Part shown: piece by piece, positions 1 to 9,122 of the stretch
Layout of the letters: the number at the start of each line of letters is the position of its first letter
How positions within the stretch are numbered: the first letter of the stretch is position 1
DNA from: Nanobdellati archaeon
GTDB taxonomy: Archaea; EX4484-52; WAPT01
DNA length: 15,607 bases
Reading direction: 5' to 3'
Assembly (NCBI GenBank): GCA_015520605.1
Contig: WAPT01000003.1
Coordinates: forward strand, 1-15,607
The notes under the pieces: generated by a model
Database searches by the model: none
What the model saw: only the letters and a program-made list of their open reading frames with translations
What the model was told of the DNA's origin: nothing
Made by a program: the position numbers and the translations under genes

Positions 1-2
1 AT

Positions 3-752
3 TTAAACAAGTATGAAAACACTACTGCAGCACCTCTTGGCAAACCGGCAATCTTGATGATAGAAGCGAAAGACAACAATGGTAACCAGGGTGTTATCGC
101 AGTATATGCGGACGATGACAGCGGGAAGATAACCGTAGATAATGTGCTCATGGGACCGTCAATGTACACTACAAGCGACAGCGATGTGGAACAGGGACTT
201 GATGTGTACGGAACACTGCTGGAGGTCAATACCGCTGACCAGGGTAAGGTAACGATATACTACCCAGACGAGCAGGTGCACTACACCGTTGCTGTCGGAC
301 CTGATCCGCAGTTCGGTGGAACCGTAACTGCCGGAAACGCCGAAGTAACCTTCCCAGCACTTGCTGGCACCGGAATAGCAGCTCTCGACACCGAGGCTTC
401 AACTTTCAAAGGCACAAAGAATGTGATACTCGTTGGTGGTCCTGCAGCCAACAAGCTCGTCGCAGAGCTTGCCGAAGCCGGCAAGACACCGACATTTAAG
501 GAATGGCAGGAGAGGCTCCAGGGCAAGGCGATAATACAGGCGATAGACAACCCGTTCGGAGGCGGCAAGGTAGCGATAATCGTCGCCGGTTGGAGTGCTG
601 ACGACACGAGGGCGGCATGCCTCAAGCTTGCAACTGAGAAGCTCAGTGGAGAGGCAAAGATACTGGTAAATGGCGAGCTTACCGACTTCGAGTACCCGTT
701 CTCTGCCCAGGAATCAGAGACAACCGAGGCTACAAACGAAACAGCTCAGTAA
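3..752 (+). CDS. S-layer protein, C-terminal part (5'-truncated by window edge)
   Basis: The frame is open from base 3 (LNKYENTTAAPLGKPAILMIE...), so the true start lies upstream. It carries motifs of the archaeal S-layer C-terminal domain (KNVILVGGPAANKLVAEL, AIIVAGWSADDTRAA), has an acidic Thr/Gly/Val-rich composition and ends in an E/T-rich tail. Confidence 0.85.
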   Translation, partial: LNKYENTTAAPLGKPAILMIEAKDNNGNQGVIAVYADDDSGKITVDNVLMGPSMYTTSDSDVEQGLDVYGTLLEVNTADQGKVTIYYPDEQVHYTVAVGPDPQFGGTVTAGNAEVTFPALAGTGIAALDTEASTFKGTKNVILVGGPAANKLVAELAEAGKTPTFKEWQERLQGKAIIQAIDNPFGGGKVAIIVAGWSADDTRAACLKLATEKLSGEAKILVNGELTDFEYPFSAQESETTEATNETAQ

Positions 753-768
753 CACCGGATTGATTTAG

Positions 769-801
769 GGAGCCAATGGCTCCTTCCATTATTTTATTTT
801 T
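769..801 (+). terminator. Putative terminator of S-layer gene
   Basis: GGAGCC-AAT-GGCTCC hairpin (769-783) about 16 nt after the stop codon, followed by the T-rich tract TTATTTTATTTTT. Confidence 0.6.
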
Positions 802-942
802 GTTCCAATTTTTAGAAGTATCGGGTAATTCTAAGGATATTTGGAATATATTCTTAATCCTGCGGAGTTTTCACAAAATTAAAAACAGGTAACTTCCATT
901 TACTGTAAGATTGTCCAAGAAATGGTAGAAAATCGACATTAT

Positions 943-2316
943 TCATTTCTTTACTCTATAAACTCTGACATTGCACCAACCAGTATGTTTGTAGATCTCC
1001 TGCAACCGGTCTGCATGCTTTTCAATATACCCTTCCACCCATTTCGGCTTGTTTTCACAGCTGTCGATAATTATGTATGCGACATTGTACTTCTTAATGA
1101 ATTCATCCATCGCCCACTCGTCCTTTGGGAAATAAATAACGTCCCTTCCCGTAAGCAGGTTGTATATCGGATAGCTGGATGACATGATGTTTCCACCAGT
1201 CCCTTCCTCGATCAGTTTAGCAATCTCAATGATCTCGCTCCTTGCGGTTTTGTTAATATAAGCTTGATGGACAGCTGAAGGCAGGTATAAGGCGAAAATT
1301 AGAGAGACAGTTGAAAGCACTACAGCTCTTCCAATCCCACCATCGCTACCCAATCTTTCCAGAAAGCGGGCGGATACGATTACAATCGCGGGTAAAACAG
1401 GGAGCATATATCTGTGGTTTTTTTCGCCCACAACAAAGCTCATCAAAGCAAAGTAAATCGCGAACCATAAGACAGGGAGAAAAAGCGACCTTTCCCTTTT
1501 GTCTAAAGCATAAAACACCCCTGCCAGAAATATGATACCTTGCAACTTGAAGATGTTGTAGAAATTCAAAAGATAATAATCCCACGGACTCTGCTTGGTT
1601 ATGTTGTTAACTATGTACAAATTGTAAGTGGCTGACCCGATCAGACTATTGTAAACCCGGTACCCATGGATTACCCATGGTAAAAGAATAAAAAATGCAA
1701 TCACGACCCCGAGCCAGAACCTTCTGGAGGTGAGCCAGTCCCTGGTTTTTCCTTCAATCAGAATTGCAATTACAAACAAAACAAATAGAGATGCGAGTGT
1801 GTATTTGGAGAGAAAAGCAACAGTCACGAGCGGGAAGGAAAGGAGCATTTTTCTTTCATCACGTGCACACATCCAGAGAAAAAGGAAAAGACTCACAAAA
1901 AAAATCTCGAGGGGTTCCACCAGAGCCTTCGTGCTCCAGAAAACGAGTTCACTGAAAGAAAAGAATAAAAAGGAGGAAAGAACCGCAGCAACATCGTTCC
2001 AGCACCTCCTTGCAGTCTCGTAAATCATAAATGCCGACGCTACTGTGAGCATCAGGTTGAAAAGATAAGCAAACTTGATGGAGAACCCAAAAGTAAAATA
2101 AAGGATTGCAAGCAAAAAAGGATAAAGAGGAGGCCTGAACGCTTCCTGATGAAACAGGTTTATTTCAAACACATGCTTTTCTACAAGGCTCTTTGCAAGC
2201 CCCATGTAAACACATTCATCCCACCATGGTGTACCGACGAAAGTATAGGCTTTCCATGACACGAACAAAAAGGCCGAAGTTATGATCAAAAAGGGAAAAT
2301 ACTCAGAAATTCTCAT
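943..2316 (-). CDS. GT-C fold glycosyltransferase, family 39/PMT-2/ArnT-like (lipid-linked sugar donor)
   Basis: Polytopic membrane protein with WWDE in the first external loop, RPPLYPFLLA, and FLSKYT, LPW and RYMLPVLP motifs, plus a soluble C-terminal domain (KKYNVAYIIID). The start is placed at ATG 2316, which forms an ATGA overlap with the upstream stop (2313-2315). Confidence 0.85.
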   Translation of the reverse strand: MRISEYFPFLIITSAFLFVSWKAYTFVGTPWWDECVYMGLAKSLVEKHVFEINLFHQEAFRPPLYPFLLAILYFTFGFSIKFAYLFNLMLTVASAFMIYETARRCWNDVAAVLSSFLFFSFSELVFWSTKALVEPLEIFFVSLFLFLWMCARDERKMLLSFPLVTVAFLSKYTLASLFVLFVIAILIEGKTRDWLTSRRFWLGVVIAFFILLPWVIHGYRVYNSLIGSATYNLYIVNNITKQSPWDYYLLNFYNIFKLQGIIFLAGVFYALDKRERSLFLPVLWFAIYFALMSFVVGEKNHRYMLPVLPAIVIVSARFLERLGSDGGIGRAVVLSTVSLIFALYLPSAVHQAYINKTARSEIIEIAKLIEEGTGGNIMSSSYPIYNLLTGRDVIYFPKDEWAMDEFIKKYNVAYIIIDSCENKPKWVEGYIEKHADRLQEIYKHTGWCNVRVYRVKK

Positions 2317-3008
2317 CTTTCCACACCCTCGCATATGGGCGGCTTGTTTCTGTACAGCGGACAGATGATCTCGAGGAGCTCTTTCTCAGTTCTAAAGCCA
2401 ACCACACGCTCATGACCATTTATAATCAGAGTTGGAAACACACTCACGTTGTATTGCGTTGCAAGAACACCCACCATGGGTTCTTGGGTGTAACTCACAT
2501 CAAAAGGAAACACGAGAAGTCTGTCCCGCAGTATGCTTTTCAGATGACTGAGGATGAAACCCTGCGTGGGGCAAACCTCACAATTTTTATTATAAAAATA
2601 CAGCACGGTCACTATATCGGCATCGCACTCCTTTCTGCTCTTCTCCGCAAGTATGAAATACCTTATGTTTGCAAGAATGTACTTCCTCTTGAGAAATTCG
2701 TACTCTTCCCCATATCTTTTATTGTTTTCTTCATACTCTATTAGCTTTTCAAGGATCGGCTGGAGCGTCTTCAAATTGTTTTCCAGAATCTTAGTTATGA
2801 CCGGACAAACCTCGTTCTTTGGAAGATACTGGAGATAAAGGTACTGAAGTTGCAGGCTCTCAAACTCAACATCCTGCTTTTGCACAATACTTTCTGCATA
2901 GTTGACCTTCTGAATGTCAGTAATTAATCCGACAAGCATACCCATGAGGAATATAAATATGGTGATCACACCCGCAGCGATATACCTATCCTTTTCTACT
3001 TTTCTCAA
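2313..3008 (-). CDS. Membrane-anchored thioredoxin-fold (CxxC) protein of unknown function
   Basis: N-terminal TM helix (YIAAGVITIFIFLMGMLVGLI), a helical stalk, then VLYFYNKNCEVC and a cis-Pro-like VFPTLIING motif. The likely start is TTG 3008, preceded by AGGTGGTGG; GTG 3017 or 3020 are alternatives. The ORF-track extension to 3302 is overlap with the GT2 gene. Confidence 0.75.
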   Translation of the reverse strand: MRKVEKDRYIAAGVITIFIFLMGMLVGLITDIQKVNYAESIVQKQDVEFESLQLQYLYLQYLPKNEVCPVITKILENNLKTLQPILEKLIEYEENNKRYGEEYEFLKRKYILANIRYFILAEKSRKECDADIVTVLYFYNKNCEVCPTQGFILSHLKSILRDRLLVFPFDVSYTQEPMVGVLATQYNVSVFPTLIINGHERVVGFRTEKELLEIICPLYRNKPPICEGVER

Positions 3009-3010
3009 GC

Positions 3011-4267
3011 TTACCACCACCTGCCCTTCTTTTTCACCATGCTCAGAATCGAAAAAACCCAGATGAAGCTGAGCAAAATGTAGTAAGCAAAGAAGAACAG
3101 CACGAGAGCAGGAATAAAATAGATTTCCAATTTTTCTCCGGTTTCCTTGTAGGCTTTGTACATCCAATACATGTTGATTATAAGCAGAAGCAGAATAATA
3201 AATATCTTGCCGTAATCGTAGGCGAAGAGCACACTCATCATTTCGGTTCTGTTCCACAAGGAGTGCAGGGATGGGAAAATATTGAATCCGACCTGGTACC
3301 ATCTCAGTGTGGATTTCAGAACGGGGTAAATGAGGAATCTCAATGTGATGCTAACCGTAACGAAGGGTAAAATTGCGGCTCCGATCAATAAGGTGGGGGT
3401 CTGAAACATGCCGAAATCACCGTACTTCCTGTTGAATATCATGTCACGATATTTCCAGATTGTCTGAAGCGATCCGACGTACCACCTTCTCCTCTGCTTG
3501 TAAAGCTGCCTGAGCGTTGCCGGAGCGTTGGTAAGCACCTCACCTTCCATGCTCTGCCTTATGATATAGTGGTGCCTCTGCATCCTCCATGCTATTTCTT
3601 GATCTTCAACTATTGAGCTTTCATCAAACCCGCCAAGCTTTTTCACCACGCTCGTCCTGTATATGCTGAAAGGTCCCGGCGTGACATGCACAGAGTTCAT
3701 TGCAGCATAGATTTTCTTCAGAAACGCGTACAGGATGTATTCCAGCCATTGCAACTTCTGCAACAGATTTTTTGGATTGTTCACCTTCATAAGAGGACAA
3801 ACGGCGCTCACCATATCGTTTGTAAAGTAAACGATCATTTTTTTCAGAGTATCCTTCCTCACAAACGAGTCAGCATCCAGGCATGCAACGAACTCCGTAT
3901 CCACATGTTTCAAACCATGATTTAAAGCCGCAGCTTTACCTTTATTCTCTTGGCTTAGCACTAAAACACCAGCTTCCTCGTATTTCTTTGCAATCTCGAG
4001 CGTTCTATCGGTTGAGCCGTCATTCACCACTATTACCTTCAGCTTATCTTTAGGGTAGTCCAACTTAAGCACGGATTCTATTGTTTTGGCTATTGTTTTC
4101 TCCTCATTGTAAGCGGGAATTATCACGCTCACGCTTGGTAATTCTTTCCATCTTTTCTTTTCTATTTTGTCCCCCTCCAATAGAAGAGTAAGCAGCAGGA
4201 AGACCGCACAGTAAATCAGGAAAACATACACAGTCCAGAAAATTACATCGCTCCACAGCATTCTCAT
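3011..4267 (-). CDS. Processive GT2 glycosyltransferase (cellulose synthase/PgaC-IcaA-like)
   Basis: VSVIIPAYNEE, VNDGSTD, GKAAALN, DAD, VED and QRRRW give the complete D,D,D,QxxRW signature. It has one N-terminal TM helix and about three C-terminal TM helices, and an ATGA overlap with the upstream gene. Confidence 0.9.
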   Translation of the reverse strand: MRMLWSDVIFWTVYVFLIYCAVFLLLTLLLEGDKIEKKRWKELPSVSVIIPAYNEEKTIAKTIESVLKLDYPKDKLKVIVVNDGSTDRTLEIAKKYEEAGVLVLSQENKGKAAALNHGLKHVDTEFVACLDADSFVRKDTLKKMIVYFTNDMVSAVCPLMKVNNPKNLLQKLQWLEYILYAFLKKIYAAMNSVHVTPGPFSIYRTSVVKKLGGFDESSIVEDQEIAWRMQRHHYIIRQSMEGEVLTNAPATLRQLYKQRRRWYVGSLQTIWKYRDMIFNRKYGDFGMFQTPTLLIGAAILPFVTVSITLRFLIYPVLKSTLRWYQVGFNIFPSLHSLWNRTEMMSVLFAYDYGKIFIILLLLIINMYWMYKAYKETGEKLEIYFIPALVLFFFAYYILLSFIWVFSILSMVKKKGRWW

Positions 4268-5451
4268 CCATTAGAAATAAACATTTTTACAACTTCCCTA
4301 ACGGATCTGAGCGTGCTAATTTTTATGAACTCGTCTGTACCATGAAAGTTACAATCCTCATCCATCGGCCCGAAACCTATGGCTGGTATGTCGGCATTGT
4401 GATAAACTATCGAGCCATCAGTCGTGCCGAGCTCAACCCCGCAGATGGCTCTGGAAGGATCAACGATTTCAACGGCACTCTTCAACCTTTTAACATACCT
4501 GTTGCTCTCATCTATTCCGTACCCCGGAATTGATTCGTGAAATTTAAGCGAGGCGTCAATTCCAAGCTCATCAGCCCAGTTCCCAAATTCCTTCTTCAAT
4601 TCCATCTTTCTTTTCTCAAGATTTTCCTCCGGAATCAGCCTCCAGTTGAACTTGATTGTTGCTTTTCCCGGAACCACATTTGGCTTCTCTCCACTCTCCA
4701 GCACAGTAACAGAAAGCCTGTTCCATATCATCCCGCTTACGGGATTCGGTGCCGCCTTAAAGCGGGAGGACACATGCTTCTCTTCCTTTTTCCCAAATTC
4801 CATGAGTTTTGAAGCCATCATCACGGCTTTTTCCGCTGCGTTCACGCAGTTGAATGGATAAGCAGCATGCCCCTGCTTGCCCACAATATTTATTATTCCG
4901 GTTATGCTTGTTGAGCACCCAACACTTAGACATGAAGTTGAAACGTCCAGAATGTAGGCAACATCTCCTTCAAGCAGATGCCTGTGTTCCGATAGCAACC
5001 ATCTTAATCCTGCTTGGCTACCAATTTCCTCGTCTCCATTGCAGATGAACCTGACGTTGAACGCAGGACTGTCATTTCCTTCCAGAAGATCCTTCATGGC
5101 AGAAAGAAAGACCGCTACACCGCCTTTATCGTCACTCGCACCTCTTCCAAAGATCTTACCATCTTTCACCACAGGCTCAAACGGATCGGTGCTCCAACCT
5201 CTGCCAGCAGGTACAACATCATAGTGTGTTATAAAAATACAGGTTTCATCAGCATTGCAGTCAAGCCCCCCAACCACCACCGGCCTGTCTTCAAGCTTTG
5301 AGAGCAACCTCGTTCTAAATCCGAGCTTTTCAAGTTCATCCGCTATGAAGTCTGCACATTCCTTGCCATCCTGAAGTCTTTGGTCGTAGCTGAAACTCTC
5401 GGTCCTGAACTTTATGAGTTCTTTGAGGATCTTAACACCGTAGCTGCTCAT
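4264..5451 (-). CDS. M20 family metallopeptidase/deacylase (ArgE/DapE-like)
   Basis: Metal-binding and catalytic motifs THYDVVP, GRGASDDKGG, DEEIG, GHAAYP, GTTDG and FHGTDE are all intact. Confidence 0.9.
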   Translation of the reverse strand: MSSYGVKILKELIKFRTESFSYDQRLQDGKECADFIADELEKLGFRTRLLSKLEDRPVVVGGLDCNADETCIFITHYDVVPAGRGWSTDPFEPVVKDGKIFGRGASDDKGGVAVFLSAMKDLLEGNDSPAFNVRFICNGDEEIGSQAGLRWLLSEHRHLLEGDVAYILDVSTSCLSVGCSTSITGIINIVGKQGHAAYPFNCVNAAEKAVMMASKLMEFGKKEEKHVSSRFKAAPNPVSGMIWNRLSVTVLESGEKPNVVPGKATIKFNWRLIPEENLEKRKMELKKEFGNWADELGIDASLKFHESIPGYGIDESNRYVKRLKSAVEIVDPSRAICGVELGTTDGSIVYHNADIPAIGFGPMDEDCNFHGTDEFIKISTLRSVREVVKMFISNG

Positions 5452-5455
5452 TCGA

Positions 5456-6886
5456 TCAGCCCTTTATGTTGCCGATTGGTCTGAGTCTCGCAACCTTGGT
5501 TGAGAGCATGGCATGATGCACACTCTCGATCACTTCATTCACATCCTTATACGCTTCGGGAGCCTCCTCAGCAACACCCGGCATTGAATGAGCCCTAACA
5601 TATATCCCCTTCTGAGCGAGCATCCTTATTACCTGTTCACCCCAGAACTTCTTCTTAGCCTGCGTTCTTGACATCCTTCTGCCAGCGCCATGGCATGTGG
5701 AACCAAAGGCTTTCACCATACTCTCCTCCGTGCCCACAAGAATGTAAGAGCAGGAACCCATACTCCCCCCGATAATAACGGGCTGACCCACACTCCTGTA
5801 TTTTGCTGGTAGTTCTTTTCTACCCGGTCCGAACGCTCTCGTTGACCCTTTCCTGTGCACATAGAGCTTCTTCTTTTTCCCGTCAACTTCATGCTCCTCA
5901 ATTTTACATGTGTTGTGTCCTATGTCGTAGAGGGTTCTGAGATCCTCTCTCGGAAATATTTTGCTGAAGGCTTTTCTTGCGAGATGCGCTATCACCTGTC
6001 TGTTGGCAAAAGCGTAGTTTATACCACAGCACACAGCTGCAAAATATTTCTGCCCCTCAGGACTATTGATTGGAGCGCACACGAGCTCCTTCTCCTTTAT
6101 CTTTATACCGTACTTGCGTGATGCTTCAGCAAGAACTTTCAAGTAGTCCGTACCTATCTGGTGTCCTAAGGCACGTGAACCACAGTGAAAGGTTATGACG
6201 ACCTGTCCTTCAAAGAGACCAAAGACCTTTGCAGCTCTCTCATTATAAATTTCATCGACAACCTGCACCTCGAGATAATGATTCCCGCTTCCGAGGGTGC
6301 CAACCTGACCGCGTTCCCTTTTTATTGCAGTCTCGCTAACAGCTGATGGATCCGCTCCCTCAACTCTACCGTTTTCCTCCGTGTATTCAAGATCATCATC
6401 CGTACCATATCCCTGCTCAACGACCCATCTTGCACCCTCTGTAAGCACTTCATTGACCTGAGCTCTGGTCAGCACTATCTCCCCCCTTGAACCTAGGCCA
6501 GCCGGTACAGTCCTGAAAAGCTCATCCACAAGCTCCTTTATTTTTGGCCTAACGTCCCGTTCCGTAAGGTTAGAAATCATGGTTCTAACTCCGCAGTTTA
6601 TATCAAAACCCACTCCGCCTACAGACACCACGCCACCTTCATCCGGATCAAAGGCAGCAACACCGCCTATCGGAAAGCCGTAACCCCAGTGACCATCTGG
6701 CATTACGAGTGAGGTCTTGACTATGCCGGGCAGGCATGCAACATTGCTGCACTGCTCGTAAACTTTCTCGTCCATCTCCTCCACTACCTTCTTCATCCCG
6801 AAAATTCTGCCCGGAACATTCATCTCCCCCTGTTTTGGAATCTCCCACTCGTAATCATTTATGCGTCTTAGCTTTGAGAGATCCAT
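5456..6886 (-). CDS. rtcB: tRNA-splicing RNA ligase RtcB
   Basis: MPDGHWGYGFPIGGV, GFDINCG, GTLGSGNHYLE, HCGSR, GHN, VHRKG, HGAGR and EEAPEAYK motifs, with no intein. The start is placed at ATG 6886, 5 nt after the SD GAGGTGA (6898-6892). Confidence 0.97.
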   Translation of the reverse strand: MDLSKLRRINDYEWEIPKQGEMNVPGRIFGMKKVVEEMDEKVYEQCSNVACLPGIVKTSLVMPDGHWGYGFPIGGVAAFDPDEGGVVSVGGVGFDINCGVRTMISNLTERDVRPKIKELVDELFRTVPAGLGSRGEIVLTRAQVNEVLTEGARWVVEQGYGTDDDLEYTEENGRVEGADPSAVSETAIKRERGQVGTLGSGNHYLEVQVVDEIYNERAAKVFGLFEGQVVITFHCGSRALGHQIGTDYLKVLAEASRKYGIKIKEKELVCAPINSPEGQKYFAAVCCGINYAFANRQVIAHLARKAFSKIFPREDLRTLYDIGHNTCKIEEHEVDGKKKKLYVHRKGSTRAFGPGRKELPAKYRSVGQPVIIGGSMGSCSYILVGTEESMVKAFGSTCHGAGRRMSRTQAKKKFWGEQVIRMLAQKGIYVRAHSMPGVAEEAPEAYKDVNEVIESVHHAMLSTKVARLRPIGNIKG

Positions 6887-7041
6887 AACCATCACCTCAA
6901 TAAAACTTGTCGTGGAAGCTTTAAGAAAATTGTCATCTCGAAACTCTAAAACCGAGAGACTTTTCTAAGAACTTTTGATATATATTTGCTTTTTAACACA
7001 ATAACACAACCATATTAACAACACTATTAAACACGCAGTGA

Positions 7042-7593
7042 TCAGTATTCCACTCCCTTTTCGGCAGGCACACCCCTATCATATGGGTGCTTTACCTTTT
7101 TCATAACGGTTACAAGATCGGCCATGTTGAGTATTTTACTGGGAGCGTTTCTACCCGTGAGCACCACGGTGATTTCCTTTGGCAGGTTCTCAAGCCACTT
7201 CACAACCTCATCCACATCAATAAGTTTGGCGTGCATGGCCAAATTTATTTCATCAAGCACGAGCAAATCAGGCTTCTTCTCTCTTGCAATCTTTTTCGCG
7301 AATTCAAAAGCTCTTACAGCACCTCTCTTGTCCTCCTTCGTTGGATTTTCAAGATCAATAAAGCCGGTCCTTCCGAACTGATAAATCTCATAGTAAGGCT
7401 GGAGAAGTTCTCTCACTTTGTACTCCCCAACATACTTCCTGCCCTTCAAAAACTGCACCACAACAACTTTATGCCTGTGACCAACAGCTCTCAAAGCCAA
7501 ACCCAAAGCCGTTGTTGTTTTTCCTTCCCCATCTCCCGTGTAAACGTGAATTCTGGCGTGTTTTCTGTAATCTTCCGTAACTTTTTTCCCCAT
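7042..7593 (-). CDS. cobO: ATP:corrinoid adenosyltransferase (CobO/BtuR/CobA family)
   Basis: VYTGDGEGKTTTALG P-loop, VVQFLKG, LVLDEI, VLTGR, ADLVT and KHPY...AEKGVEY motifs. Confidence 0.93.
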   Translation of the reverse strand: MGKKVTEDYRKHARIHVYTGDGEGKTTTALGLALRAVGHRHKVVVVQFLKGRKYVGEYKVRELLQPYYEIYQFGRTGFIDLENPTKEDKRGAVRAFEFAKKIAREKKPDLLVLDEINLAMHAKLIDVDEVVKWLENLPKEITVVLTGRNAPSKILNMADLVTVMKKVKHPYDRGVPAEKGVEY

Positions 7594-7615
7594 GTATAAA
7601 GATTTGGGAAGGAGG

Positions 7616-7624
7616 TATTTATTT
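7616..7624 (-). promoter_or_regulatory. Putative TATA box of leaderless cobO transcript
   Basis: AAATAAATA on the minus strand ends about 23 nt before ATG 7593, and no SD precedes the ATG. Confidence 0.5.
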
Positions 7625-7882
7625 GTTGGAGTTCTCGCGGATTAGCCTGAAAACCCTGCTGGAAGTGCATCCCGAATGAAGTACAGCACCGTTCCTTTGA
7701 GGTTTACAGACAGTCGGAACATTTGGAAACGCTTTCGTTTTTGTGATGTGGTGGAAGTCGCAACAGATCAATACTAAGAAGGATCGATCAGGACAGATAT
7801 AGGGGAAGAGCAGCTCACTTATTGAGTTAATAACACCACCTCAGATTATGATTTTTTTGGTATATCTTTAACACCTTCCTAC

Positions 7883-7895
7883 TATAAAATTAAAA
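7883..7895 (+). promoter_or_regulatory. Putative TATA box of leaderless ychF-like transcript
   Basis: TATAAAATTAAAA, with TTAAAA (7890-7895) about 24 nt before ATG 7919 and no SD. Confidence 0.5.
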
Positions 7896-7918
7896 CTTTC
7901 CTTCAACAATTCCTCACC

Positions 7919-9109
7919 ATGTCAGTAAAAATTGGCCTTGTTGGTAAACCGAGCGTGGGTAAGAGCAGCGTTTTCAGGGCTCTTACTCTTGCGGAGGTGG
8001 AGATAGCGGAATACCCTTTCACCACCATAAAACCGAATGTTGGCGTAGCTTACGCGAAGCTTGAATGCGTGTGCCGCGAGTTTAACGTAAAATGCAATCC
8101 AAGGCAGGGCTTTTGCCTCAACGGACGGAGATTCGTTCCCATTCAGCTTATCGATGTCGCTGGCTTGGTTCCGGGAGCACATGAAGGCAAGGGCCTGGGT
8201 AATCAGTTCCTTGATGATCTAAGGAATGCTGATGTGTTGATACATGTTGTAGATGCTTCCGGGTCAACCAACGAAAAAGGAGAGAAAGTGCCTCTGGGCA
8301 GCTATGATCCGTGCAAGGATGTTGAGTTTTTGGAGGAAGAACTGGTTATGTGGATTTATGGGATTCTGAAAAGAAGCTGGGGTAAAATGGCAAGGGCAGA
8401 GATGCAACGAGATAAGGAAGAGCTCCTTTACGAGATGCTTTCCGGTCTTAAGATGAGAGAGGAAGCTATAAAGAACGCTCTGGCAAGCTGCGGGCTTGAA
8501 GATAAGAAGCTATACAACTGGAGTGATGATGAGATCAAGAGCTTTGCAAAGGCAATCCTGCATGAGAGCAAGCCGATCATAATAGCAGCAAATAAGGTTG
8601 ATATAGCCTCACAAGAGCTTGTTGATAGGCTCAAGGAGAAGTTTCCCGATAAAATCGTGGTGCCGTGCTCCGCCCATGCGGAGATAGCCCTTAAGATGGC
8701 AGCGAAAAAGGGCTACATAGATTACGTCCCTGGAGAAAAAGATTTTGTTGTCAAAAAGGAGCTGAACGATCAGCAAAGGAAGGGTCTGGAGTTCATAAAG
8801 GAAAAAGTGCTCGATGTTTACGGAAGCACGGGCATTCAGCAGCTGATAGATAAAGCTATCTTCGAGCTGCTTGAGATGATAGCTGTCTTTCCCGTACCGA
8901 ATGCCAAGCTGACGGATAAGGAGGGGAATGTCCTTCCGGATTGCTTCCTGATGGAAAAGGGTTCAACGGCCCTTGATCTGGCTTATGCTGTGCACAAAGA
9001 ACTTGGAGACAACTTCATAAAGGCGATAGACGTCAGAACAGGGAAGGTTGTTTCAAGAGAGTACGAGCTTAAGCATAGGGATGTCATAGAGATAGTGGCA
9101 AGAAGCTAA
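7919..9109 (+). CDS. ychF: Obg/YchF-family translation-associated NTPase (archaeal Ygr210-like) with C-terminal TGS domain
   Basis: GKPSVGKS (G1), YPFTT (G2), DVAGLV (G3), GLGNQFLDD, NKVD (G4), a Cys-rich insertion CVC...C...C, and a TGS-like end (GSTALDLAYAVH...LKHRDVIEI). Confidence 0.92.
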   Translation: MSVKIGLVGKPSVGKSSVFRALTLAEVEIAEYPFTTIKPNVGVAYAKLECVCREFNVKCNPRQGFCLNGRRFVPIQLIDVAGLVPGAHEGKGLGNQFLDDLRNADVLIHVVDASGSTNEKGEKVPLGSYDPCKDVEFLEEELVMWIYGILKRSWGKMARAEMQRDKEELLYEMLSGLKMREEAIKNALASCGLEDKKLYNWSDDEIKSFAKAILHESKPIIIAANKVDIASQELVDRLKEKFPDKIVVPCSAHAEIALKMAAKKGYIDYVPGEKDFVVKKELNDQQRKGLEFIKEKVLDVYGSTGIQQLIDKAIFELLEMIAVFPVPNAKLTDKEGNVLPDCFLMEKGSTALDLAYAVHKELGDNFIKAIDVRTGKVVSREYELKHRDVIEIVARS

Positions 9110-9122
9110 AGGCAACGTTTGA

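Noticed and set aside
3021-3302. N-terminal extension of about 95 aa on ORF 2313..3302
   Set aside because: It lies entirely within the GT2 gene in another frame. The TM anchor and SD-like motif place the real start at about 3008-3020.
5456-6886. Intein in RtcB, or an RtcR/Ro-Y RNA repair module
   Set aside because: RtcB is of normal length with contiguous motifs, and no rtcA, rtcR or TROVE-domain gene is present in the window.
6990-7035. Repeated TAACAC/AACAC motifs between cobO and rtcB
   Set aside because: These are short, irregular, low-complexity repeats that are T/G-rich on the minus strand and probably form the cobO terminator region. They are not a CRISPR array or iteron set.
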